A DNA stretch of 22,608 nt from Armatimonadota bacterium (GTDB taxonomy: Bacteria > Armatimonadota > Zipacnadia > Zipacnadales > UBA5352). The stretch covers positions 1-22,608 of the forward strand of contig JAYENL010000261.1 in the NCBI GenBank assembly GCA_034722055.1. Direction: 5' to 3'. This document shows, piece by piece, positions 8,344-16,699 of the stretch; position 1 is the stretch's first letter; each line of letters begins with the position of its first letter. The position numbers and the translations under genes are program-made. The notes under the pieces are model-generated. The model ran no database searches and was not told where the DNA came from. It saw only the letters and a program-made list of their open reading frames with translations.

Positions 8344-8370
8344 GCGCCGGAAGCCATCGGCTCCCGGCGC
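8344..8370 (-). terminator. Hairpin between the convergent tRNA and MFS-HEAT genes
   Basis: Minus strand GCGCCGGGAGCC-GAT-GGCTTCCGGCGC, 12-bp stem with one G-U pair, 9 nt after the tRNA CCA. Confidence 0.6.
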
Positions 8371-8379
8371 CTGATATCC

Positions 8380-8455
8380 TGGTGGACGGAAAGGGATTCG
8401 AACCCTCGACCTCCTCCGTGCGAGGGAGGCGCTCTCCCAACTGAGCTATCCGCCC
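8380..8455 (-). tRNA. tRNA-Ala (anticodon CGC)
   Basis: 76-nt cloverleaf GGGCGGA...TCCGTCCACCA. G3:U70 and A73 alanine identity elements, anticodon loop CTCGCAC, TTCGAAT T-loop, encoded CCA. Confidence 0.97.
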
Positions 8456-8466
8456 GTTGCAGCTTG

Positions 8467-8496
8467 AGTCTATCGCGCCCGCCGGCAGGCTGTCAA
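8467..8496 (-). promoter_or_regulatory. Sigma70 promoter of tRNA-Ala
   Basis: TTGACA-18 bp-TAGACT on the minus strand, 11 nt upstream of the mature tRNA. Confidence 0.8.
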
Positions 8497-8736
8497 GTGC
8501 CACTCCGGGGCCTCACTTCGGCATCGACGCCGTGATGCTGGCGGGTGTGGGGACGCAGGGAAGGCGTCGCGCCTCCTGCCAGGAAACCGAGTTAATCGGC
8601 GAGATCGGCCCTGACAGCCGCATCGTTTGATTCACCGACTACCTTCACTATCGGATCGGTCACCCTCCGGGGTGTGGTCTTCGCGGACAGCGCGTGGCGG
8701 GATTCCCCTTACCGCTACGCGGAGGTGTATGGGCGG

Positions 8737-8820
8737 ATGTGCCAGCAGGAGTTCGTGGACACGCCCGCCGCGATCGAGGTGAAGTGGGCCGACCGACCTG
8801 AGGGAGGTGGCGTAGAGTGA
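8737..8820 (+). CDS. Possible 27-aa upstream ORF coupled to the GH65 start
   Basis: MCQQEFVDTPAAIEVKWADRPEGGGVE; GGAGGT at 8721-8726; its TGA overlaps the GH65 GTG start (GTGA). Confidence 0.3.
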   Translation: MCQQEFVDTPAAIEVKWADRPEGGGVE

Positions 8821-11081
8821 ACGCTGGTGATCTGCACGACGCGGTCAGGTTCCAGGACGACTGGACGCTGGCCGAGGACGCGCCCCAGCCCGATGATCTG
8901 CCCTACCTGGAGACCATCTTCGCACAGGCCAACGGGTATATTGGCATGCGCGGCAGCCTGGAGGAGGGGGCTCCTCCCGGCGCGGACTCTGAGCCCTACT
9001 TCGTCTGCCAGGGCGTGTTCGATCAGCAGCCCGGCCGCTACGAGACCGATGAGCTGGTGAACCTGCCCGACTGGCTGCCCATCGAGCTGGAGATGGGCGG
9101 CGCACGGCTGGGGTCAGAGGCGTCCGCTGTCGTCAAGCATCAGCGAAGACTGAGCCTCCGAGATGGCATCCTTACACGAGAGCTGACCGTGCGGTTGCCG
9201 GAGGGGGAGGTATACCTCGTTTTCAGGCGGCTGCTCAGCCAGGCCAACCGGCACCTGGCGGCCTGGCAGATGAGGCTTGCAGCGAACGGAACGGTGAGCC
9301 CCATCCGGCTGGGCTGGGGCTTCGCCACCGACCGCACCAACCGGGGCACTGTCCACGTGGCGGAGACGCACCACGCCGCCCCCAGCCCGGAGACGGTTCT
9401 GCACGAGGTCCGGACGCTGGAGTCGGGCATCACCGTGGCTCAGGCGCAGGTGTGCCGAATGCGCGTTGACGGCGCAGACGCCGCTCCGCGCGACACCAGG
9501 GAGGTGGCCGGCGACGGCTTCGCAGGGATACAGTGGGCCTTTGATGCCGATTCGGGGCGGGAGATAGTGGTTGAGCGCGCCAACGCCGTCTGCACATCCC
9601 GCGACCGGGCCGAGGGCCCGCCGCAGCGGCGGGCCGCAGCCTATGCCTTCGATGCCGCCACAGTGGGCTTTGAGGCTCTGGCGGAGCAGACGCGGGGGGC
9701 GTGGGCGGAGAAGTGGGCCAGGGCAAATGTGCGGATCGAGGGTGATCGGACCGCGGACCGGGCCCTCCGCTACTGCCTGTTCCAGCTCATGCAGGCCAAC
9801 ATAGATGACGATGACCGGACCGCAATCGGCGCCAAGGCCCTCAGCGGCCCCGGCTACCGGGGGCACTTCTTCTGGGACACTGAGATGTTCATGGAGCCGC
9901 TCTTCGCCCACACCGATCCTGACGCGGCTCGGAACCTGGTGGCATTCAGGCACCGGATCCTGCCGGGCGCCCGGGAGCGTGCCAGGCAGATGGGCTGCAG
10001 GGGAGCGCGGTTCCCCTGGGAGGCCACGCGCGACGGCCATGAGCAGTGCCCCCGGTGGCTGCCCGAAGGCGACAGGGAGGTGCGCATCGTCACCGGTGAG
10101 CGCGAGGATCACATTACCGCCGACGTTGCCTGGGGCGCGCGGTACTACTACCAGGTGACCGGCGACGACGACTTCTGGTACCGGCAGGGCCTGGAGCTGC
10201 TCGTCGCGGCCGCCCGCTTCTGGCAGTCGCGGGTCGAGTGGAACGAGGAGAAGGACCGCTTCGAGATCCTCCGCGTCATGGGTCCGGACGAGAACCACAA
10301 GCTGGTGGACAACAACGCCTACACGAACTACCTGGCGGCATGGACGCTGGAGACGGCGGCTGAGACCGTGGACCGCCGGGTGCGTGAGGAGCCGTGGGCG
10401 GCGCGCCTGAAGGCCCTCGGTGTAGAGGCCAACGAGGCACGGGACTGGCGGCGGACCGCGGCGGCGATGTACCTGCCGCTGGAGGAGCAAACCGGCATCA
10501 TCCCCCAGCACGACGGCTTTGTGAAGGCGGTGCGTGGTGGCGAGGACGTCCAGCCCCTCAAGCAGGCCGACGTGCTCATGCTCCTGCGGCTCTTTCCCGA
10601 CCTGCTGCCGGGCGAGGCTGAGGTCCGCAACTGGGAGCTGTATGAGCCGTTGACCGAGCACGGATCATCGCTGAGCCCGAGCGTACACGCCATGGTGGCC
10701 GCGCGGCTGGGCCTGACGGCCGAGGCCGAGAGCTACCTGCGCGAGGCCCTGCTGGTGGACCTGGCGGACACGCATGGTAACAGCGCTGAGGGTCTGCACG
10801 CGGCGGCACTGGGCGGCGCGTGGCTGGCGGTGGTGCAGGGCACGGGTGGACTGTGGGTCGATAGCAGCGGAGGGCTACATCTGGACCCGTCGCTGCCGGA
10901 GGGCTGGGAGCGTGTGCAGTTGGGCCTCTGTCTGCGCGGCGGCGTGCTTCGCTGCAGGATGCGGCCCCAGCGAATCATGCTGAGCTTCCACCACCCCGGT
11001 GGGGAGGCGTTGGAGATCACCGTCGCCGGGGAGCCGCTTCAGCTCAGCCCGGGGCTGTGTCACCGCGTGGCGCTGGACTGA
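8817..11081 (+). CDS. GH65 inverting alpha-glucoside phosphorylase (maltose/trehalose/kojibiose phosphorylase family)
   Basis: ETIFAQANGYIGMRG, GYRGHFFWDTE, GPDE (catalytic Glu), and the KQAD and HGSSLS phosphate-site motifs; GGAGGT RBS at 8803-8808. Confidence 0.93.
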   Translation: MNAGDLHDAVRFQDDWTLAEDAPQPDDLPYLETIFAQANGYIGMRGSLEEGAPPGADSEPYFVCQGVFDQQPGRYETDELVNLPDWLPIELEMGGARLGSEASAVVKHQRRLSLRDGILTRELTVRLPEGEVYLVFRRLLSQANRHLAAWQMRLAANGTVSPIRLGWGFATDRTNRGTVHVAETHHAAPSPETVLHEVRTLESGITVAQAQVCRMRVDGADAAPRDTREVAGDGFAGIQWAFDADSGREIVVERANAVCTSRDRAEGPPQRRAAAYAFDAATVGFEALAEQTRGAWAEKWARANVRIEGDRTADRALRYCLFQLMQANIDDDDRTAIGAKALSGPGYRGHFFWDTEMFMEPLFAHTDPDAARNLVAFRHRILPGARERARQMGCRGARFPWEATRDGHEQCPRWLPEGDREVRIVTGEREDHITADVAWGARYYYQVTGDDDFWYRQGLELLVAAARFWQSRVEWNEEKDRFEILRVMGPDENHKLVDNNAYTNYLAAWTLETAAETVDRRVREEPWAARLKALGVEANEARDWRRTAAAMYLPLEEQTGIIPQHDGFVKAVRGGEDVQPLKQADVLMLLRLFPDLLPGEAEVRNWELYEPLTEHGSSLSPSVHAMVAARLGLTAEAESYLREALLVDLADTHGNSAEGLHAAALGGAWLAVVQGTGGLWVDSSGGLHLDPSLPEGWERVQLGLCLRGGVLRCRMRPQRIMLSFHHPGGEALEITVAGEPLQLSPGLCHRVALD

Positions 11082-11773
11082 TCCGGTGACGTCGTGGCAT
11101 TCTCGAACAGAAGGTCCGCAGCGTTGAGCTCGTCCAGGCCGCGGGCCACGATCTCGGCCGTGTGCAGGTGCTCGGGCGACCCGATCCCGACGGCCAGCAT
11201 ACCGGCGCGGTGCGCGGCCTCGATTCCGGCCTCCGCGTCCTCCACAACCACGCAGCGACCGGGGTCCATTCCCAACCGCTGTGCGCAGAGCTTGAAGATC
11301 TGCGGATGTGGCTTGCTGTGCTCCAGGTCCTGACCGTAGACGCGGGCGTCGAAGAGCCTGTCGAGGTCGGGAAGGGCGGCCATGATCTTCGGAGCGTTCT
11401 TGGAGGCAGAGGCGACGCAGGTGCGCGCCCCACGTTCCCGCAGCTCCTCCAACACCTCCATGACCCCCGGCAGAATCTCGCCCTCGTCCATCTCCTCGAT
11501 GTACTCCTGGTAGTAGCCATTCTTGCAGGCGGCCGCGCGGCGCTTCTCCTCCTCATCCATGTCGATGCCGCCGATCTCCAGGATGATCTCCAGCGACTCC
11601 ATGCGGCTGACGCCCTTGAGCCGCTCGTTGTCCTCCCGGGTGAAATCCACGCCCAGCTCCTCGGCCAGGCGCCGCCAGGCGCGGAAGTGATACTCGGCGG
11701 TGTCCACCAGGACGCCGTCGAGGTCGAAGATGACCCCCTTGATAAGGGATTCGTTGCCCTCAGATCTCAGCAT
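11060..11773 (-). CDS. pgmB: Beta-phosphoglucomutase (HAD family)
   Basis: IFDLDGVLVDTAEYHF.AW, NERLKGVSR, SASKNA, KPHP and VEDA. AAGGAGG RBS supports ATG 11773. Its 3' end overlaps the GH65 gene by 22 bp. Confidence 0.92.
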   Translation of the reverse strand: MLRSEGNESLIKGVIFDLDGVLVDTAEYHFRAWRRLAEELGVDFTREDNERLKGVSRMESLEIILEIGGIDMDEEEKRRAAACKNGYYQEYIEEMDEGEILPGVMEVLEELRERGARTCVASASKNAPKIMAALPDLDRLFDARVYGQDLEHSKPHPQIFKLCAQRLGMDPGRCVVVEDAEAGIEAAHRAGMLAVGIGSPEHLHTAEIVARGLDELNAADLLFENATTSPDQSSATR

Positions 11774-12028
11774 GGAATGCACCTCCTTCAGAGCAGTGGT
11801 CGCAGGGCCGGTCAAGCTACGGCCAGCCCCGGCCGGCCGGCTCGTGGGCCCGCTTGGGGTTGGTGGTCTGGGGCTCAGCAGGCTGCCAATCTCGATGTAG
11901 TGGTAGACCAGCCACAGCGACGAGGATGATCCCCTTCCGGATCTCCGTCTCCGGCCGTGATACTATCAGCATACAGGACAGCGCCTACCCTTCGAATGAG
12001 GCGAGCCCACCATTGGGCAGAGGGGCTG

Positions 12029-13318
12029 TCACTGAGGGTCCCTCCGCGTGCCGACGGCCGGCTCGGGCGAGACCTCCGGGAGCTGGAGCGGGGCGGCCTC
12101 GACCACCTCGCTGCGGGTGCTCTCGTCGAGGGTGAGCCAGTAGTCAATGAAGGCCCACAGGCCTCGGACATGGTGCGTGGACTGGTCGGGGGACACGGTG
12201 TAGTCATACGGCGGATCCCACGACCAGAAGCCCCAGTCGATGTGGGGGTCCTCCTGGTAGGGGTGCTCCTCGCCCGGCAGCGCCTGCTTCGACAGGGCGT
12301 AGCGCATGGCTTTGACGGTCGCGGTCAGATACCTGGTCTCGCCGGTGAGGTCGTGCATCCGGAGCAGCGCTATGCCGATGTTGGGAACGTCGCCGGGGCC
12401 GACGTATTCGGAGACGGGCACGTAGTAGCGGTCCAGCGCCACGTACGAGGCGCCATCAGGACGCTGATGTCGCAGATGCCACTCGGCGAAGTCCACGGCC
12501 GCTGACCTGTACGTGTCGTCACCTGTCCGCTCCGCCAGGCACACGAGGGATCTCATCTCGTCCGCGGCCATGTCGCTGCTGTAGTACTGCTGGTTGATGA
12601 GGTGGAAGCAGCCATTGCTGTCCTGCAGGTCCAGAGCGTAGTCACCCCACTGCACTGCCCAGTCAAGCCAGTTCTGATTCTGCGTCAACTCCCAGATGCC
12701 GAGCATAGCGCCGATGATGCGGCCGAATGCCTGCCACCCCCGGTGCAGCCACACCTCGTTCCAGCGGTCGTAGAGGGGCGCGAAGTCGTGCCGCTGGGCC
12801 TGCAGAAGGAACTTGCCGCTCTGGATGGCTCGTTCCAGATGCTCCTCATCCCCGGTCCGCTCGAAGAGCCCCAGGTTCGTGACCACATAGTCGGCCGTGT
12901 ACTTCGTCCACAGCTGGTGCTCCTTGATGTTATCGCGGACCCCGCCGAGCACCAGGCTCATGGGGTGGGAATCCACCATGTTCTCGTGTAGCCAGATGGT
13001 GGCTGAGGCGGCGCGCTCCAACAGCTCCTCGTCGCCGTAGCGATCGTACGCCGCCATGAGCTGCCAGGGCGCTATCAGATTCGCCGTCTGCGCATCGGCG
13101 AAATCCCCGTAGCGCGGATCGTAGTAGCCGTAGAACGCCCCCTCTTCCTCATCGTACATCCTGGGAAGCCACTCATAGGTGTTGTTACGACATCGCTCCT
13201 CGACTGCGGGGATGTCCATACCGAGGGGCAGCTCTACGCCCCCGCCCCCCTCAGGGTACTCGTGCGCGGGCTTCAGGTCCCACGACTGGGGGCCAATGTG
13301 CATCACTGAAGAGACCAC
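12029..13318 (-). CDS. Uncharacterised (alpha/alpha)6-barrel, six-hairpin glycosidase-like protein
   Basis: Five helical-hairpin repeats: YDRYGDEELLERA, FERTGDEEHLERA, WELTQNQNWLDWA, AERTGDDTYRSAA, HDLTGETRYLTAT. Aromatic-rich, no signal peptide. Start codon uncertain. Confidence 0.72.
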   Translation of the reverse strand: MVSSVMHIGPQSWDLKPAHEYPEGGGGVELPLGMDIPAVEERCRNNTYEWLPRMYDEEEGAFYGYYDPRYGDFADAQTANLIAPWQLMAAYDRYGDEELLERAASATIWLHENMVDSHPMSLVLGGVRDNIKEHQLWTKYTADYVVTNLGLFERTGDEEHLERAIQSGKFLLQAQRHDFAPLYDRWNEVWLHRGWQAFGRIIGAMLGIWELTQNQNWLDWAVQWGDYALDLQDSNGCFHLINQQYYSSDMAADEMRSLVCLAERTGDDTYRSAAVDFAEWHLRHQRPDGASYVALDRYYVPVSEYVGPGDVPNIGIALLRMHDLTGETRYLTATVKAMRYALSKQALPGEEHPYQEDPHIDWGFWSWDPPYDYTVSPDQSTHHVRGLWAFIDYWLTLDESTRSEVVEAAPLQLPEVSPEPAVGTRRDPQ

Positions 13319-13411
13319 CTGGCTCTCATCCTTCCCTCATTGTGCATCCAACGCCGGAGAGCATCTTCCACCCACGCCATCCCAGTCCCTTTCCCGAGCG
13401 GCCGGTCATGG

Positions 13412-14251
13412 CTATCCGCGGGTTCCGGAGAGCGCGATACCTCGCATGAACTGCCGCTGCGCCACGGCGAAGAGCGCGATCACGGGGATCATGACCGTCA
13501 CCGCGGCCGCCATCTGGTAGGGCCAGTTGCGGGAGTAGAGGCTCTGGAACATCGCGATGCCCACCTCCACGGGACGCATCTGCATGCTGTCGGTCACCAG
13601 CAGCGGCCATAGGAAGGCCTGCCAGGCCGACAGGAAGGCGAAGATCGCCAGCGTGGCCAGGGCCGGCCTGGCCAGCGGCAGGATGATGCGGAACAGGATG
13701 GTCAGCTCCGAGGCGCCGTCCAGCCGCGCCGCCTCCTCCAGCTCCGGCGGCAGGCTCTGGAAGAACTGCCGCAGCAGGAACGTGCCCCATACGCTGTGGG
13801 CGAAGGGCAGGATCAGCGCCCAGTAGGTGTCAATCCAGCCCAGGCTCTGCACGATCAGATAGGCGGGGATCAGCGTGACGATCTGCGGGATCAGCATGGT
13901 GGACAGATAGGCCGTGAAGAGGGTGTCGCGGCCGCGGAACCGCAGCCTGGCGAAGGCGTAGGCGGCCATGGAGCACACTACCAGTTGCAGACCCACCATT
14001 CCCGCGGCCATGATGGCGGTGTTGAGAAAGAACCTGCCGAACGGCAGCAGCGTCAAGGCGTCCGGGTAGTTCCGCCACTTGGGCGCCTCCGGCAGCAGCC
14101 TGGGCGGATATGAGAACACCTCCAGCTCGTCCATCAGCGAGGTGCGCACCATCCAGACAAAGGGCGTCAGCATCGTCAGCCCCAGCACCACGACCAGAGC
14201 GAACACCACGACGGAAGCCCACCTCGGCCGGCTCCGGCTGCCCTCAGCCAT
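13412..14251 (-). CDS. Carbohydrate ABC transporter permease (MalG-like)
   Basis: EAA motif LPPELEEAARLDGAS, AAYAFARLRF, about 6 TM segments; overlaps the upstream gene by 8 bp. Confidence 0.93.
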   Translation of the reverse strand: MAEGSRSRPRWASVVVFALVVVLGLTMLTPFVWMVRTSLMDELEVFSYPPRLLPEAPKWRNYPDALTLLPFGRFFLNTAIMAAGMVGLQLVVCSMAAYAFARLRFRGRDTLFTAYLSTMLIPQIVTLIPAYLIVQSLGWIDTYWALILPFAHSVWGTFLLRQFFQSLPPELEEAARLDGASELTILFRIILPLARPALATLAIFAFLSAWQAFLWPLLVTDSMQMRPVEVGIAMFQSLYSRNWPYQMAAAVTVMIPVIALFAVAQRQFMRGIALSGTRG

Positions 14252-16535
14252 ACAGGCCCTCCTCCCCGCCGATGTACTTCATCTTCACGTAGGTGGCGAT
14301 CATCAGGATCACGAACAGCACCCAGGCCATCGCCGAGGCATAGCCCATCCGAAGGTACTCCCACGCGCTCTGGTAGATGTGAAACACCACCACGTCCGTG
14401 GCGTGCATGGGGCCGCCCTGGGTCATCACGTAGATGGGCGTGAACACCTGCCACGAGGCGATCATGGAGGTGACCAGCACGAACAGGATCGTGGGCCGGA
14501 GCATGGGCAGGGTCACGTGCCAGAAGCGCCGGAGAGGCCCCGCGCCGTCGATCCTGGCGGCCTCGTAGAGGCGCTCGGGGATCGACTGCAGCCCGGCCAG
14601 GAACAGCACCATCTGGTATCCCACGCTGCTCCAGACGCTCATGATCATCACCGCCGGCAGCGCCCATCCGGGACTGGTCAGCCAGTTGATCGGCTCCATC
14701 CCCACCAGCCGAAGCAGGTAGTTCAGCAGCCCGTAGTCGGAGTTGTAGAGCCACTTCCAGGTCATGGCGATGGCCACCAGGGAGGAGATGCTGGGCAGAA
14801 AGAACAGGGTCCGCAGCAGGCCCACGCCGGGCAGAGGCCGGTTGAGCATCATGGCCACGGCCAGCGAGAAGGCCATGGCCACGGGCACGTGCAGTGAGAA
14901 GATGGCGGTGTTGCCAAGGGCGTTCCAGAAACGGCCGTCGTGCAGCAGCTCGGCGAAGTTCGCCAGGCCCACGAAGGGAACGCTGGGGTCCACGATGTTC
15001 CACCGGTGGAAGGCGAGGTAGAGCGAGAAGATGACCGGCACCAGCAGGAAGATCACCACATGGGCCAGCGATGGTGCCAGAAACGACCACCCCGCCACCG
15101 CCATGGGGCGGCGCGAGCGCCGGGTGGCGAGGATGCAGAGCCCGGCCACCAGCCCGGCTCCGACCAGACCGGCCAGCACGAAGACCAGGATCCGCACACG
15201 CTTGGCGCCCCTGGGCTCCTGCGCCGAGCCCAGCTCGCGATCGATCTTCAGCGCGGCCTCGTGCAGCGTCTCATGCAGCTTCTCGTCCCCGATGACCGCC
15301 TGCTCGAAGGCATCAGCCGCGATCTCCTCCACCCGGCTGAACTCCGGCACCACCGCTCCCCATGGCCTGCGGGCGTGCGGCACCTGCTGGTAGAAGACGC
15401 GCTCCAGCCCCGTCTCGTCCTCGGTCAGCACCTCCTCGGCCAGCGGGCGGTTGGCCGGGATGGCCAGCCGCTGCTGCATGCGCCGGCGGTTGGCCTTCGC
15501 GCTGCCGAGAAAGATGGCCAGCTCCGCCGCCAGATCCGGATGCTGCGTCTGCGCCGATACCGCCCAGCCGGCCGCGTAGAGGACCGTGGTCAGCTCCTTG
15601 CCGGCCGGGTGGGGGATGGGCGCAACTCCCACCCGCAACTGGCCGGACTCGATGTGCTCCAGGAGCATGGGCAGCAGCCAGTGGCCGCTGACGACCATGC
15701 CGATACGCTGGGTGTAAAGCATGACCACGTCCTCGCCCATGGAGGCGGCTGCGGCCGGCGACGGCGCCACGTGGTGCCGGCGGTGCAGGTCCGCCAGGAA
15801 CTCCAGCGCCGCCACCGTCTCCGCCGAGTCCAGATAGCCGGTGGCCTGCTGCCCGGAGGGGTTCAGGAAGTCCCCACCATTGCTCCATATCCACGGCGGC
15901 CAGGCGAACGGCTCGGGGTAGGTGACGGTCCCGTACTGCTCGATCTCGCCGTCGCCGTCCGTATCGCGCGTCAGGCGCCTGGCGGTACGGAGAAACTCGC
16001 GCCAGGTCCAGTCACCGGAGGGATACGGGACGCCGGCCTCATCGAAGAGATCCTTGTTGTAGTACATCACCAGCGGAGTGAAGTCCTTGGGGATGGCGTA
16101 GAGGCGGGCATCCCGGCGGGCGATGGACAGCACGTTCTGGTAGTACCGGGAGAGATCGACCCTGTGCTTGCGGCAGTGTGGCATCAGGTCCAGCAGCACG
16201 CCGCGCTCCAGCAGCGAGGGCACGATAATGGCGTCCAGCAGCAGCACGTCCGGGGCGGTGCCGGCGGCGAAGCTGGTGAGCAGCTTCTCCTTGTAGTTCT
16301 GGGGGATGGTCTCGAACTGCACCTGAAGGCCGGGATGCGCCCGCTCAAACTCCGCGATGTTCCGGCGCTCGATCTCCAGCTCCTCGGGGCCCGCCCAACT
16401 GGTCGCCCGGAGGCGCACGTCCTGTCCTGACGCGCCACCGGCGATGACCAGCCACACGATCAGCAGGAACGCCGCTCGTCTCGTTGCTCCGCGACCGATA
16501 CCACAAGCCAGCACAGAACCAATCCCAGTAAGCAT
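14244..16535 (-). CDS. Fused sugar-binding protein (CUT1-type SBP) and MalF-like permease
   Basis: The N-terminal part has SBP motifs ([32 protein letters not shown]). The C-terminal part has FVGLANF and [15 protein letters not shown]. One continuous frame. The start is probably 16535 or slightly later; the extension to 16679 is antisense IS sequence. Confidence 0.88.
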   Translation of the reverse strand: MLTGIGSVLACGIGRGATRRAAFLLIVWLVIAGGASGQDVRLRATSWAGPEELEIERRNIAEFERAHPGLQVQFETIPQNYKEKLLTSFAAGTAPDVLLLDAIIVPSLLERGVLLDLMPHCRKHRVDLSRYYQNVLSIARRDARLYAIPKDFTPLVMYYNKDLFDEAGVPYPSGDWTWREFLRTARRLTRDTDGDGEIEQYGTVTYPEPFAWPPWIWSNGGDFLNPSGQQATGYLDSAETVAALEFLADLHRRHHVAPSPAAAASMGEDVVMLYTQRIGMVVSGHWLLPMLLEHIESGQLRVGVAPIPHPAGKELTTVLYAAGWAVSAQTQHPDLAAELAIFLGSAKANRRRMQQRLAIPANRPLAEEVLTEDETGLERVFYQQVPHARRPWGAVVPEFSRVEEIAADAFEQAVIGDEKLHETLHEAALKIDRELGSAQEPRGAKRVRILVFVLAGLVGAGLVAGLCILATRRSRRPMAVAGWSFLAPSLAHVVIFLLVPVIFSLYLAFHRWNIVDPSVPFVGLANFAELLHDGRFWNALGNTAIFSLHVPVAMAFSLAVAMMLNRPLPGVGLLRTLFFLPSISSLVAIAMTWKWLYNSDYGLLNYLLRLVGMEPINWLTSPGWALPAVMIMSVWSSVGYQMVLFLAGLQSIPERLYEAARIDGAGPLRRFWHVTLPMLRPTILFVLVTSMIASWQVFTPIYVMTQGGPMHATDVVVFHIYQSAWEYLRMGYASAMAWVLFVILMIATYVKMKYIGGEEGLYG

Positions 16536-16567
16536 TCGACAGCCGCGGCCAGGCGCCTCCCGCGCTG

Positions 16568-16684
16568 TTGCTGAGACGAGGTCCTCGACACGATGTTGCA
16601 GACGCAGGTGCTGCTGGAGCGTTGGCGAAGGCACCACAATACGGCGAGGCTGCATAGCTAAGTGAACTGCCGATTCCACCAGCG
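16568..16684 (+). mobile_element. Decayed IS3-family transposase C-terminal fragment
   Basis: The frame from 16575 reads DEVLDTMLQTQVLLERWRRHHNTARLHS*VNCR, then PPA after a 2-nt shift. This resembles the IS3-family end E.F..L.EA.VL.E.WR..YN..RPHSSLGYRPPA, with a stop and frameshifts. Confidence 0.7.
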
Positions 16685-16699
16685 GGAGGGTCTCAGACG

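Noticed and set aside
8797..13255. Similar CCTGAGGG...GGCGTAGAG strings at 8797-8817 (+) and 13232-13255 (-)
   Set aside because: Short, G-rich and of unequal length; one is simply an RBS region. Probably chance.
13294..13348. Direct repeat CA(A/T)TGTGCATC at 13294 and 13338
   Set aside because: Only two 11-bp copies, one probably inside coding sequence; not enough to call an operator.
16536..16679. N-terminal extension of the SBP-permease ORF to 16679
   Set aside because: It is the antisense reading of the IS3 relic; the signal-like hydrophobic segment starts after 16535.
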